Below, piece by piece: positions 24,546-37,512 of a stretch of 64,000 nucleotides of DNA. Origin of the DNA: Eukaryota sp. GEM-RC1. Taxonomy: Eukaryota. Each line of letters opens with the position of its first letter. Position 1 is the first letter of the stretch. The notes beneath the pieces were generated by a model, which saw only the letters and a program-made list of their open reading frames with translations, was not told the origin of the DNA and ran no database searches. Both the position numbers and the translations under genes were made by a program. The DNA lies in contig JAUFOQ010000002.1 of NCBI GenBank assembly GCA_040285855.1, forward strand, positions 1,240,001 to 1,304,000, in the 5' to 3' direction.

Positions 24546-25747
24546 ATGTCCGAAGAAATTAATAGTGCCCCACCCGCCTCCTCGGAGATTTCCTCCAACT
24601 GGAATACTCTCTTTGAGAAGTTTGAAGATATGGATCTCAAGGAGGAGATTCTCCGTGGTATTTATGCTCATGGTTTCGAAACCCCATCCACCATCCAGAA
24701 GTTGGGTATTATCCCTATCATTTCCGGTAAGGACGTCATTGCCCAAGCTCAGTCCGGAACTGGTAAGACAGCCACGTTCACCATCGCCATGTTGGATCGT
24801 CTCGAAGCTGCCGCTCCCACTCCCCGTTGTCCTCGCGCATTAGTGTTGGCTCCCACCCGAGAATTGGCTGATCAGATCAATACTGTTGTCACCAACATCT
24901 CCCGTTATTGTGGCACCTCCACTCTTGCTTGCATCGGTGGATCAAGAGTCCATGAAAACGCATCTGCATTAGACGCCGGTGTCCACATTGTTGTCGGAAC
25001 CCCTGGTCGTGTTATGGATCTCTTAAAGAGAGGATATCTAGATCTCTCTGAACTCGCCATGTTTATTGTGGATGAAGCCGATGAAATGCTCTCAAGAGGT
25101 TTCAAGGAACAAGTCTACGAAATCTTCCGTCGCGTTCCTCCAGCCGTCCAAGTCTGTCTTCTTTCTGCTACTATGCCTCCAGATGTTCTTGAAATCACTA
25201 CCAAGTTTATGAGAGACCCTATCAGAATCTTAGTCAAGAGAGACGAACTTACCTTAGAAGGTATCAAGCAGTTCTTCGTTCAACTCGAACAGGAAACCTG
25301 GAAGTTTGAAACACTCTGTGATCTCTATGAAACACTTCAGGTAGCTCAATCTATCATCTTCTGTAATACTCGTAAAAGGTTGATTGGTTGGCCGCTAAGC
25401 TTACAGAGAAAAACTTTACCGTTGCTTGTACTCATGGTGACATGGATCCCAAGGACCGTGAACAAGTTATGGCTGATTTCAGAAGTTCTAAGCAACGTGT
25501 TTTGATCACTACTGATTTACTCGCTCGTGGTATTGATGTACAACAAGTGTCACTGGTGTTCAACTACGATATTCCTAACAACAAGGAATCCTACCTCCAT
25601 AGAATTGGTCGATCCGGTCGTTTTGGAAGACGTGGAGTTGCTATTAACTTTGTTACTCCCCAAGATTTTGAGGCCCTACGTGAAATTGAGAAATTCTACC
25701 AAACCTCCGTCCTTGAAATGCCTAAGAATGTTGCTGACTTAATCTAG
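24546..25747 (+). CDS. EIF4A: Translation initiation factor eIF4A (DEAD-box helicase); frameshift near 25376
   Basis: [42 protein letters not shown]. Adding one A in CGTAAAAGG restores NTRKKVDWL. Confidence 0.96.
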
Positions 25748-25999
25748 ATGCATTCCTTTTTTCATACAATAGATAAATTTTTGTTTTACAATGTACTTGT
25801 GCTCACTCTTTGTAATGGAACAGGGAAATGACTCATCGCTGAGAAGGAATTTAAAGTTATATAGCGCTCATTATAGAAGCCAAACACCACACGGATTAAA
25901 CGACCTGCTGTCGTTTGTTTTTGTGAGTAAGAACAGAAACAGAATTTGCAGTGGGAAAATCAGCATTTGAGTCCCTCTTAAAGACACTTCTATCAGAAT

Positions 26000-26287
26000 A
26001 TGGATCCCCTTATTGCACGTATCCAGCTTGTGGAACATAAACTGGGCGTATCTACATCCACTTGTGACGTTGACCTAAACAAACTGAGATCATCACTTTA
26101 TGATCTTAGAGACAGTATTTCTTGTGATCAAACCTCTATTAGCCGTCTGTCTGAGGAGAACTCTTTGCTTAAGAAAGAGAACGAGGGACTTCGTATCGCT
26201 GTAGAAAGAATGAACTACCGTATTCGTCATCTTGTGAAAGAATTAGATCAAGTCGATCCCAACCCTACCCCAAGAGTACAACAGTGA
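26000..26287 (+). CDS. Small coiled-coil protein
   Basis: 95-aa ORF with heptads ending ERMNYRIRHL. Confidence 0.65.
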   Translation: MDPLIARIQLVEHKLGVSTSTCDVDLNKLRSSLYDLRDSISCDQTSISRLSEENSLLKKENEGLRIAVERMNYRIRHLVKELDQVDPNPTPRVQQ

Positions 26288-26774
26288 TGGTTTCAGTAAT
26301 TTCATCTATGTCAAACGTTATGAACACACAACTACAACGCAATGTTCGATGACAGTGCACGATCCCACAAACTGTTATTTATTTATTCGTTGTGATTGAG
26401 TACATGTACTTGTATAAAGAGCCATCAGTCTGCCCTCAATTTTTTCATTTTGTTGTGGGAAATTTACGCTTGCGAACCAAAAGTACATCATTGTATTTAA
26501 AGTCGGTTTCACCATGAAAGTTGTTGTTGCTAATATCAACTTGTTATTCAATGTATTGAAAGTGTTAAAACATTTTTTAAAAACCATTTTTGTAAGCAAA
26601 CACCTCGTCATCAACTATCTTTCTATCAATCCAATTTGATTTTCTTGACTTCTTGAGAATAATGAATGGTGTTTACTTCTTAGCATTTGAAATATTTAAA
26701 TATCAGCTGCAGAATGAAATGACAAACATTGACCTACAATTATCTAAGATTTATTAATTTTCTGAGATTTATTT

Positions 26775-27360
26775 CTAACAGAAGGGCTGTAATTGCCTGA
26801 AGGAAGAATCAATTGTCAAGTGTTGTCGGAAAACTATACATTCTCCAAAAGCACATGCTTCAATCAGATCTTGGCCATGAAAACACCAGGAAAGCTGACT
26901 TCTTTGAAATAAATTACACTCCAGACCGCCTACAACGCTGCTCCCTACAAACCTTGCATTTCCAGGTTGAGGGAAGGAAAGTGTCGATAAGTCCCTTACA
27001 GTCCGTGTTACCTGCTCTTGGTAGACACCAAAACAGACGACTGTGTACAGTATCAACATTGCAGAGGGTTTCCAATGCTCCTCGTTTGAGAAAGAATCTG
27101 GAATTCTGACGATCAAGTGCAATTTCGAAGTTTGTGTTATTTGAAAATATTCCTTCCGCATAAAACAAATCAGAATTTCCTGGTTCATTTCGGCTACGTG
27201 GAGAAGATGATCTTAAGAACAAAACACTTATTACAGCAACAACAAAAAGTACAATTAACAAAGCGATGAAGAAATTCTTACACCGCTTTGAATGTGGTGG
27301 GCTATTCTGTGGACCTAATTCGAAGTGATCGGTGTAAATAGAGCCAGGATGCATTTGCAT
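26775..27360 (-). CDS. Type II membrane protein with a Cys-rich ectodomain (one frameshift near 26975)
   Basis: Single TM FFIALLIVLFVVAVISVLFL; continues in a second frame as ARFVGSSVVGGLECNLF. Confidence 0.6.
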
Positions 27361-27901
27361 TTGCGCAAAGTTAGTAAGTGCACTCAGAGTATCAACTATA
27401 TTTGACCGTAACAACAATGAAAAGCATTCTACAAAATACTTGTACTTGTAGATTCATACATGAGTATACTCCCGGTAGCATCTCCTTTTTTTCATTTTTT
27501 AACTTATGTGTCGCAACTGCTGTAATGAACCAATTTAGATTGCAACACTTTATGGAACCAAAAAATCTCACAACGTTGATTTTTGTTATTTGGAAGTCTG
27601 TCTTATAGTTTTGAGCTGTAGACTAAGTATTCCAATGTGTTCTTTACAATAACACCGTTTGGTGCAAACAATAGCAATCTCCACTCAGTCAACAGTAACT
27701 ATTCTGTGGTACAGTATAAAACTTTCCAAAATCCAAGACCACTGCATTTAATTTTCCAATGTTTATAGTTATTTCATCAACAAAGCAAAGTCTTCTCTAC
27801 ATGAAATTTACTAGAGCTCCAAGAGAGTGAATCGAAGGCAAAACAAAGTTTGTTGCAACAAAACATAGACGAATTAAAAGAAAAATGACGCTTGTTCTGA
27901 A

Positions 27902-30052
27902 ATGCCCTCTCCCTTCAACACCCCGCCTGAATCAAGCAAACAATCACCTCTGAACCTAAGACTCTGCTATTCTGCTCCTAGTGATGTTTTTGAAGGTCTC
28001 TCCTTGACTTCTCCTCCTCATTCAAATCCAGACCCATTAGCATCACCTCCTGAACACCAACGATGGAAATATCACGACAAACAGGAGGCAGCCAAACAAA
28101 AACGTCTTGAACACTGTAACAAGCGAAAAGAATCCTGGCGGAAAACCCAATCTCGGATCAATGAAATCAAACTTCTTCATGAAACTAAACGCCAGGAGAT
28201 GAAAACTGCTTCTGGTGCTCGTTTAGAGTCTGCAGCATCACGAAGATCCGAGAATATGGACAAAATCAGATCACGTTCTCTTGACATGTCCTCTAAAGTC
28301 AACGAGGCAGTCTTCATCCACAATCTTTCTCTCTCTTCTAGATTAACTTCTCTTCAAAACCATTCCACTAAGAAACTCAACGACGCGGACAGTCGTAGAA
28401 CTAAGATACTTGAAGAACAACAAATCTCCATTAAGAATGAAACAAACATGAGAATTAAACGAGCTGAGTATAACAGAAAAGCTCAAGAAATGGAGAAGAT
28501 CGAACGTTTCATGAAGAGAGAAGAAGAACGACAAGAGAAAAGATCAAGAGCTGAACAAAACAAACTACACTCTCCCAACAAAGAACCTACTAGCAGGACC
28601 AGAGTACTAGCAGAAGAAGACGATGGGGATGAGAAGAGTTGTTTGGAACTGTTGGAGTCTCTACTTAATGAGGGACAACAAAGGAAGGAAAGGGTTTGGT
28701 GTGATCGGGGAGGTCAGAGTTATAGCCAAAATTTTAAAATTGTTAATTTGTTAAGTGATTTTCAGTTGTCTGTTAGTGGGTTTTTAAACAGTCAGACAGG
28801 AACTCCGCAAAGGAAAGGTCAACAAAAGTCCAAGTATTTCTCGAATTTTCAACGAATAATCGGTGATATTTCAAAAATTTCAGCAGAGGATGATGGTGTT
28901 TTCCATTTTCTTTTTGAGTCTGATTTCTTTGAATATTTCATCAGCCTTTTGTCAAGTGAATTGACCTTTATGATTGATGCAAATTCCACTCTCTTGAAAC
29001 ATTTTTTAAATTTCACAAAAGTTCCACTTGTCCAACTGTATTGTGTTTGCTCCAATCAACACCTCAAACTTTTAAATTTCAGCCTCTTTTTAATGAATAA
29101 CTTCTTTTCTGGAAACAACGCCATGCTCAAATCTCGCACAGAATCTCTCTTAACTCTATTTTTTCAAATATTTAAAAATTTCTCCTCTTCAGACACATAT
29201 CCATTTCTATTAGACACCATCTTCTTCCTTCTTGAAACTGAATTCCCTTTTCTTCTATTCGGAACTCTCCCCTTTACTTTTTCCTCTTCCCCAGACTCAA
29301 TCACAATAATCGAATCTTCCCTTTCTGTTTTCTTCTCTTCATTAATCTCTTGTTCTGCATCTTCCTCCACTTCCCTGTCTTCTTCCTTCCTCTCTTCTCT
29401 GTTAACAGCTTCTCTAGACTGTCTGTCCTCAATTGTTCTATCCTCATGTGACTTCTCCACTAGACATTTCTCTTCCGATTCAGTCTCTTCAGTCCTCCCT
29501 TCGAGTCCTTTCACTCTAGCTTTAAAGTCAGCTAAGAGCAGTTCAATCTCATTGGCTAATGTCTGTGTTGTATCGCTATGTTTAGTTATTTTGAAGAAGA
29601 TTATTGAACTTCCTGGAATTGTGCTAGATTTATTAAATAATTCTGATCTGAAACTTGAGATTCTTCACTGTTCGTGTGCATTGCTTACGATTTGTTCCGT
29701 TAATATTGATAATCCGTCGTATTATTCTATTTTTTTAATTTTGATGGACATTTTAATTGCAATATCTTCATCTTCCGATGGAATTCAATTCTTTTCACAA
29801 GCTTCCATTGCCAACATGACCTTGCTGTCACGATTGGTGTCACTTCCGTTTTTATTTTTTTCCGATTCAATTTTAAAAGTTCGAGTTTGTACACTGATAT
29901 GTAGATGTTTATTGATTCAACGTCATCAGCCAATCATTTTTGACGAAATTGGTCCATCATTATTGATTGATTTTCTGGCCAGTAAACAAAGTAGCACTTA
30001 TTTGAACGAGGACGAAAAAAGATCTGCAATTGCTGTTTTAAATGGTCTTTGA
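27902..30052 (+). CDS. SCAPER: SCAPER-like protein
   Basis: Charged coiled coil with SKVNEAVFIHNL (cf. AKVNEIAFINTL) and C-terminal TLLSRLVSLPFLFFSD (cf. TVLQKLCQLPFQYFSD); comparisons from recall. Confidence 0.75.
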   Translation: MPSPFNTPPESSKQSPLNLRLCYSAPSDVFEGLSLTSPPHSNPDPLASPPEHQRWKYHDKQEAAKQKRLEHCNKRKESWRKTQSRINEIKLLHETKRQEMKTASGARLESAASRRSENMDKIRSRSLDMSSKVNEAVFIHNLSLSSRLTSLQNHSTKKLNDADSRRTKILEEQQISIKNETNMRIKRAEYNRKAQEMEKIERFMKREEERQEKRSRAEQNKLHSPNKEPTSRTRVLAEEDDGDEKSCLELLESLLNEGQQRKERVWCDRGGQSYSQNFKIVNLLSDFQLSVSGFLNSQTGTPQRKGQQKSKYFSNFQRIIGDISKISAEDDGVFHFLFESDFFEYFISLLSSELTFMIDANSTLLKHFLNFTKVPLVQLYCVCSNQHLKLLNFSLFLMNNFFSGNNAMLKSRTESLLTLFFQIFKNFSSSDTYPFLLDTIFFLLETEFPFLLFGTLPFTFSSSPDSITIIESSLSVFFSSLISCSASSSTSLSSSFLSSLLTASLDCLSSIVLSSCDFSTRHFSSDSVSSVLPSSPFTLALKSAKSSSISLANVCVVSLCLVILKKIIELPGIVLDLLNNSDLKLEILHCSCALLTICSVNIDNPSYYSIFLILMDILIAISSSSDGIQFFSQASIANMTLLSRLVSLPFLFFSDSILKVRVCTLICRCLLIQRHQPIIFDEIGPSLLIDFLASKQSSTYLNEDEKRSAIAVLNGL

Positions 30053-30968
30053 TAATAAACATTTAATTTATTTGTTGTTTTCTCGTTGGGTCTTTTTTCT
30101 CCGCACAGAAATCCGTTTTTATTGACAAGAATAAAAAACGTCGTTCTTTTCAAGTGACAAGCCTGGTTGAGTGTGAACGAAAGAAAGAACTGGAAGAACA
30201 CGCGTTTTTCCGTACTAATGTATTAACTGTCTTTTCCCAATTTTTCAATATAATACCTCATTGTGATTGAATACGGTATTCTAGATGTTGCGTTGATGCT
30301 GGTTCATACTACAATAAAACGCAAACTTGCGCTGTACTTGAATCTCAAAACTGATCAAATTGCAACTCACATTTCAAACTTATAACCATTACTGTTATTA
30401 TGATATAAGTTGTACAAAATGCAATTTGCAATGAAGAGCGGTTTCGCTAGTTTTTTTCAAAGAGTGACGAATACTGTCACAGAAGTCACTGAAATTGAGT
30501 TCAGACGAAGAGTCTGTATGTTCATTATCATTTATTGAGTCTATTTCAACAATAGAATCGAGAAAAGCTGAATCTTAAGCAAACAGTGTATTTGGTGTAC
30601 CAACGTACACACTATAAAACTACAATTACTAAAATACTATTTAACTTTATGCATCGTACTCAATCGCACCCGGTAACTTTGCTAGAACTCAATATCATTA
30701 AAGCAACATTCATTGCTATTAAAACTTACATCATGTTTTTTTAAAGAAAACTAAGATTTGGTTGAGTGTAGCAGAGAGTCATAGCAGCTTCTTGTTCAAG
30801 AAAGCCCGATCCGATTCTACATAAGCTAAAATAAAGAATCCCATCAACCGCAATCTGCTCTACCGTTTGATTCTGTGGGAATCAAACGATTACGCTGCAG
30901 GTCCAGTGCTGATTATAATATACGGAAACAAAACAGGGAGAAGATGTGTATTGCTAGGAGATATTACA

Positions 30969-31446
30969 TTAAGATAGTTCCATGATAGAGTCAACAAGAT
31001 CTCCATTGTGTTTTTTGAGAGCAGCAACGCATTCAGCCTTGCTCTTCTTTGTCTGTTCCATAACTGTTTCGATGTCAGTGATATCAAGATCACCGATGTC
31101 TACATCTTCGGATTCTTCTTCCGAAACCTTCACAGGAGCGGTTTCTTGTTCGGCAGCTTCTGATGTGGGCTCTGGTTTCTTGTATTGTTCAGCGGTTTGC
31201 ATTCTCTTTTGTGCTCCAAGATCTTGTACTTGAGGAGCACCATAGATGACATACATATCGGTATTAGGGTATTTGAAGACCTCACATCCGTCAAAAACCA
31301 ACAGATACTAGCATAAGACGACAGATGATGCTCAACATACATCTCTTCCGTGTTTCATTACAACACGAGTGAGTTCAGGAACTGGTTCGAGGTTGAGTTT
31401 AGAAAGGGCCTTACGGCTCTTTTTTTTCCATACGGGTTGCAGACAT
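30969..31446 (-). CDS. NACA: Nascent polypeptide-associated complex alpha subunit (one 33-nt intron, one homopolymer indel)
   Basis: EKKSRKALSKLNLEPVPELTRVV..EVFKYPNTDMYVIYG and C-terminal UBA DIETVMEQT..ALKKHNGDLVDSIMELS. Confidence 0.92.
31308..31340 (-). other. 33-nt spliceosomal intron GTATGT...CTTATGCTAG
   Basis: Contains in-frame TGA; removal gives KHGRD/YLLVFD, matching NAC-alpha. Confidence 0.9.
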
Positions 31447-33063
31447 TTTTAGTAGTGGAAAAAGAACGGAATTGCCCTCTCTCATTTCTTTTGTAGATGT
31501 TGGTTTTTTCCAAGTCTGCTTAAGCCACTGTTTCGTCATCGATTGTTGTAGTCATTGATGTTCTATTTCGTCTGTTTTTAGCTGTTGTCTAGGAGAAATG
31601 CATAAATCGATCCTACCAACAAGAGTACACCCGTCAAGGAGAATTATCGGTTGTGAGAATCAGTCTTTAGGCATCGTAGTAGTTGTTACTTTTTAACTAA
31701 GAAAAATTTAGTGGCAATTAACTGAATCAATTCTTGGTGATCAGAGTAATGAAAACTTAATAACGACTATCTATCACTGCCCACTGAAACTTTAATTAAT
31801 GATGCTCACCGACACGATTATTGGAATTCTAAACCATGGAAAGAGTATTTGATACATATGAACCCTCCAAAAAGTATTATATCCCGTCAAATAGAGCACC
31901 TGTATGCGTCAAAGGTGTTTTATCTGGTTACAATAAAAGGAATCTTGCTTTGATGATATTGAGTTTTAGACTATTTATTTCAATATGTTTGCCGTAAAAA
32001 CTTATTTAGTAAAAAACGGAACTCTGCACTGATCACCTGACTAATAGAGCACCCATAAAACAAAGATGAAAAGGTTCTAGAATAGAGCACGACGCTCTAT
32101 TAGGGGAGCGTATAGTATGTTTTAAATGGATTTAAATAGCCCTAAAAGAGGATTTATGTGCTGAGACAAAAACACCACAATTTATGGTCATTCAGAAAAA
32201 TGTGTATTTAATTTTTCTAAACGATTTAGGACAAATCATACAATAGAGGATGAACAGACTTTTTGTTGATATGATATGTTTGATTCGTACCGTTTTGACT
32301 GTTGATATACCAATTCCCCTAAGCATTTCCAAAGCTGTATTAGCTGTTAGTTAATTTTATGAGGATAGAAATGTTGAGAGGTTTGATAGTGATGGGTGAT
32401 GTTCAAATGATATTTGAAATTCGTTTCTCATATACTAATATATTGCACTTGTAAATAAATTTGACTAAAAAAGGTCTTATCGAGATTCATAATAATATTA
32501 GATCTTGCTAAAAAGATAATACAACAAACAGAAAATTACTCTTTCAATATCCTCTAAATCTTTTTTGCCTACAAACAGCAAGACAGAAATCTTTTCTCCG
32601 TAATAGTCACCTAAAGACATCAGACTTCAAAAAAAATCTCATCGATACATTATCAAAGATTCGACATATAAAACCAGAGACAAAAAAGTATATACTATTA
32701 TTTATTGCAGTGTATACTATAGTGTAATTAATTGTGTGCGCCTGCTAATGTGTCACCAATGCATATATTGTCTCATTCGGTAATACACAACATATAATAC
32801 TATATTAATATACTGTGGCAATATGCTTTCGTGTGGAATAAAGGTATTTTCTTCAAAACAACTTGTTCATCGCTTGTCTATATATTGCAAGAATATGATA
32901 CAGACAGTCATGATTGATGACTTATATTTAGTTACAACAAATTAATTCAAATCGTGATTTATGGCTGCATTTCTTTGTCACGTGAGCAAATAAAGTCGAC
33001 GAATAATCATACTTCCATAGATGATGGAAATACCAGCCGAATTGTGTATAGTAGTACTTAGAG

Positions 33064-33309
33064 TTGGAGCAAGCAGTGATCAACAATGAATTCCGTGACA
33101 ATTTGTCACAGAAGGACCAAGACTCTATCAGAATACTCTTGGAGCCGAATAGGGAGCATCACTCACAATTTGGCTCCGAAATTCAAGAAACATCGTCAGA
33201 TTACATTGATCTCTCTTTTATTCCTGGAACTTCAAATGAAGTTAAAAGGATGTTCAGTCGTGTAAAGCTTAGTGCTTACGTTGTACTCGTCGACGACCCT
33301 TTTAGATAG
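33064..33309 (+). mobile_element. hAT-like transposase C-terminal remnant
   Basis: YIDLSFIPGTSNEVKRMFSRVKL resembles P.TS..VER.FS. Confidence 0.55.
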
Positions 33310-34519
33310 AAAAACTAACTTTTGTTGTAAAACATGCTTGTTGGAACGATTCTGTTTCACAATCCTTGTTTGGATTTGTTGACCCAAGATGACGTGACGT
33401 ATAAAGAATATACTGTATTACATCACTGTACTAAGACGAGAGTTCCAACAGAGATATTGCTAATCACGATAATTATTTATTGTCAAATTTGACAATATAA
33501 CTAGTAGTAAATAAATTGTGGTGTTGACAAACCAACAATATTCTGGTTTGTGTCTTGAAGATCAAGGTCAGAAAGTATGATTGAATCATTAATGATTGAA
33601 GACTTTTAATCATCCTGAGATATCACATGATCACACACTGGCCAAAAGAATTCTTTTAGTTTCTGTAAGTGAAAAGGTGAACTCAACAGACACCGTCAAA
33701 GCTGTCGGATCATGAAGCACATACTGAATAATCACTTGTTTTCTATTGCAACGACAATGACCAAATATCACTTTGAGTGTCTGAATGTCTAGGTAGTTAC
33801 TGAATCCGAGCCTAAAAAACAAATGGATCCTCAGAAAGTCAATCAGAAATTCATTACTTATACACCAAAGATTGATACAAGTTTCAGTGTGGAGGCACAA
33901 CTTCTTCAGACTAACTTCTTCAAGACCATGGCAGACATCCTTATGTGACCTTCACCAAAGAAGTATGCGAAGGTGATTATAAGCCAAGGAACTCCATCTG
34001 TTGTCTGACATTTTATCTCCTACTTTAGTAACGACCAATGTGGTTTTCACGTTGACTGCCTCGTACTTTGGAGCATGTTCAGTGTGCAGTCAATGGTCTT
34101 GAAAAAACAAAACATCTAGATCATGGAACGATGTTGTTGACCTTACATTGTTGGTCTTGATTCAACCAACCAAATCCATACCACGAGCTTCATCTTTAAG
34201 TAAAGATTTACTATAAAACTAAGCATCCTACAATATCTGGATGGGGTATCTGTAGAGTGGTTGAAATTCCTTCAACCACTGATTACAGAAGAAAAAGCAT
34301 TGTGTGGAAATAATGAGTGAGTAGGTGCTTAGTGTAGCACTTAGTGTTATTTTATAAGGCTGGCAGATGAAACCCTGCCATATTGAGACACTAGGTTTTT
34401 GAAGAAGAGATAAACTGGCTGCTTAGTAGATATCTACATAGAGGTTTTCAGCTTGAGTAGCTGATTAGTGATAGAAGAGGCAAAAGTTAAAAGGCTTTCT
34501 CCAAAAATCTCTAATTCAA

Positions 34520-36114
34520 ATGACGTCTACTCAAGAGGTCTCAAATGCTGCCTGTGCGATTGAAGATGGCAACCAAGATCCACAAACCTTTCGAACAATA
34601 CTACAAGGACTAGGATCATCCGATCCTAAGATCCAACGTTATGCTCTCGATATCACATTCTCCTACTTGTCAAAGTTCTCTGCCGTCACAGAAGAGGTTA
34701 CCTCTGCTTTAGTTTCTGTTCTTGATATCCCTGAACTTCAATCAAAAGCCTACGACATTCTATCTCGTTTCGGATCTGCACCCTTATCTCAAGCTCTACC
34801 TGCCGTCCTTGAGGTCATCGTTCCACGTATGATCTCCCAACCAACCCTTGCTGTTCCTACATATCATTCTTTCCTTATCACCGCCTCAGATGATCTTATC
34901 TCCGTTCTATTCCTACCGTTGACGCAATCTCCTCCTTCTGATCCTTCACTACTTCCTCAGTATGAATCTCAACGTGAACTTATTCTTCATGAAATGGTTG
35001 CTGTTGCCAATTCCCACTTATGGGTATCACAAAACGAAGTTAAAAACGAAGAACATTCTGGTAAAGATCGGGAATTTCTAATTCTTAAAGCAGTACAAAA
35101 GTGCTTTTTGTCAGTTGTTCCCACTGAGTCTGAAATAATTGCCTTTTTTAAAATTATTCTCTCACTACCTTCATTTGGAGCTAAGAAGCCAGGAGTAGGT
35201 TTCTGCCCAGATTCAGACGTTCCTGTTGAACCCAAAGGAGCTCCAACTGAGGCACTCTCTCTTCTATGTTGTTTAATTGACATTGAAGAACTAAAAAGAC
35301 CCTTGATTCTGGTAAATGGTCAGCTGAAACTACTAGTCAACTCTGCGGATACATTAGACTTGCCATTGGATTTGTTTCTCAAGGAGCGTCTCTTTGTTGC
35401 TTCCTTCATTTGTTTGGGAGTGTGATTCTGAAGAAACTGAAACCAGTAGCTGAAGATCAGCCATTGTGGACGGCTGCTGCTAGTTTTATTGTATCAATGG
35501 ACATTGAATTAACTAAAGAAAGGGGTGAGCTAGTAGATCTGATAACTCCAGTGGCTGGTCTTTTATTCAAACTTGTTTCTAGAAAAGATACTACAGAAGG
35601 GATTAATCTTACTGCTTTAGAAGCTGCTTTGTCCATAGTTCATGGTGTTTTTAGTCGATGTGCTCCTGAGAAAGTTGAAGAAAAGACTGGATGTCCACTG
35701 GGCTACTCCTCAGTTCAAACAGAGACATTGAAGAGAGGATGGAAGCTGTTGTGTGATCAGTTATTACAGATCTGTAACATCGCTGAGGAAGAAGTCAATT
35801 CATTGGATAGTGGTGAGGTTGTTTCTGAAGCCAAGCTCGAGAAGGAAGAGTTAGAGAAGAAAAGATTTGAGATTGTGCGTATTGGTAGATCGGTTGCTAT
35901 TCTTAGCAGGATCCTTCTTGATGACCGCCCTCGGTTCATTAGTGGGCCTGCCCCTAGTCAACCTTTACCTTGGGTGTTAAAACCAGAGCTACTGTGTCCC
36001 ACACCCCCAGTTCCAGTGGTGAAGAAAGCTAAAACAACAGGCCATCAGCCTAAGTCTGTGAAAAGACGTCAGTCTGAGGGTGTTGTGAAGAAAAAGAAGA
36101 AGTTTGGGAAGTAG
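34520..36114 (+). CDS. API5: API5-like (apoptosis inhibitor 5) HEAT/ARM protein; frameshift near 35295
   Basis: N-terminal FRTILQGLGSSDPKIQRYALDITFSYLSKFS, then INLTALEAALSIVH and ILLDDRPRF..LPW, with a basic NLS-like tail. Confidence 0.65.
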
Positions 36115-36553
36115 TTTGTTACTCTTAATAACACTGTAGATGTATATTGATTGGGATGTTGGTTTTTTGGTTTTTCCAAGAACATGTTACTTCATTTTTC
36201 TAATAAATTTGTATCTATGTTTGAATTCCTTTATGTTGTATTGGTTTGTTGTTGTTGCAGAGATTTGTCGATGATTTCATCTTCATTTCTACTGTTTAAA
36301 TAATCTACTTGGACTGTTTACACTCCAATACCGTTAAAACCATCAGAACTGACATTGATTTGTCTAAATGGTCTCACTGACACTAATTTTAAAGTAAATT
36401 TTGATCATCAATTGTAGAATTAGTCTAATCACTGAGACTATTTAACTGATGAGACTAATTATGAGAAATGGTAAATTGACAACTTCACACACAACTTTAG
36501 TAATATTTACTTAAAAACTGGTTTTATCTTATAAATTAACGAAATACAAACAA

Positions 36554-37429
36554 CTAGTACTTAAAAGATATTAAATGATCCACATCTACTCTTGAACTAC
36601 CACGATACAATTTGTCCAGAATACGATTCAAATACCTTGGGAAACTTCTATATAAGGAAAAAACAATGCGATTGCGCCAAAGAGACTGATTGAAATTTTT
36701 CCTATGGTCACGGCACAACTTTGAAAAGGCACCAAAGAATTTTTCAGCAGCAAATCCAATATTACCAAGAATTGAAATAGCAAAAGGAATGAACTTAAAA
36801 GAAGAATACAAATTGGAATTCAGTTTGATCATTGTGTCAGAATATGTACTAATTTTTCTTTTTTCAGCTTTGGATAAATGATTTTCAGTATCACTCGAAA
36901 CTGAATTCAAATATACTTTAGCACATGGATCAACAGTAGTAAAATCTATCACAGCTTGACAAGAATCAAGATATGGAACAATGAGATCACCTCGTCGAGA
37001 ATTGGTAATATTATCATCACTATAATGCTTAAGAAGAGGTTCGATTTTCCCATTAAACCCATGACATTTAAACATTTCATACGTAACTTCACGAACAGCA
37101 TTGTGTAAAATCGACCTAAACTGAAGAAATTTTTTGCAACTAACAATGTGTCTGAAGTCAGCTTTTTGTCTCTTTTCACAACAACACATAGTATTAGCTA
37201 ACAATTCAGATGGAAACAGACCTAAGCGAAGACGCATGTTAAGTTTCCAAGCCTCATTATTGAGATGAAGACCATAAGGTCTAGGCTGTTGAGTAATAAA
37301 CGATGAACAGTTTTTTAAATCCAAAAGAAAAGCAGCAAAGACGGGATTATTTACCTTAGTAACACTAAGACGTTTAGAAAAATCCATGTCTTCTAAGCCA
37401 TGTAAAACACAATTTTGCAATTTTACCAC
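36554..37429 (-). mobile_element. 5'-truncated CRE-like non-LTR retrotransposon (zinc knuckle plus RLE)
   Basis: MRLRLG, CCCE..HIVSC, HNAVR, RRGDLIVP..IDFTTVDP..AEKRKISTY..FIPFAIS..WRNRIVFS. Confidence 0.85.
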
Positions 37430-37512
37430 AGATAAATGTAGAAACTCGATTGACCTATCAGGAATAGAAGAGATTGACTAAGAATGATATATGATATATT
37501 TGATATATGTAC

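Noticed and set aside
29164..29514. Acidic minus-strand ORF and similar antisense ORFs inside long genes
   Set aside because: Antisense shadows of Ser/Phe/Leu-rich sense genes
31850..32120. Repeated AATAGAGCAC motif, possible Tc1/pogo-type end
   Set aside because: No matching second TIR, TSD or transposase found
36446..36470. Hammerhead-like CTGATGAG...GAAA
   Set aside because: Stem II does not pair and stems I/III are not identifiable
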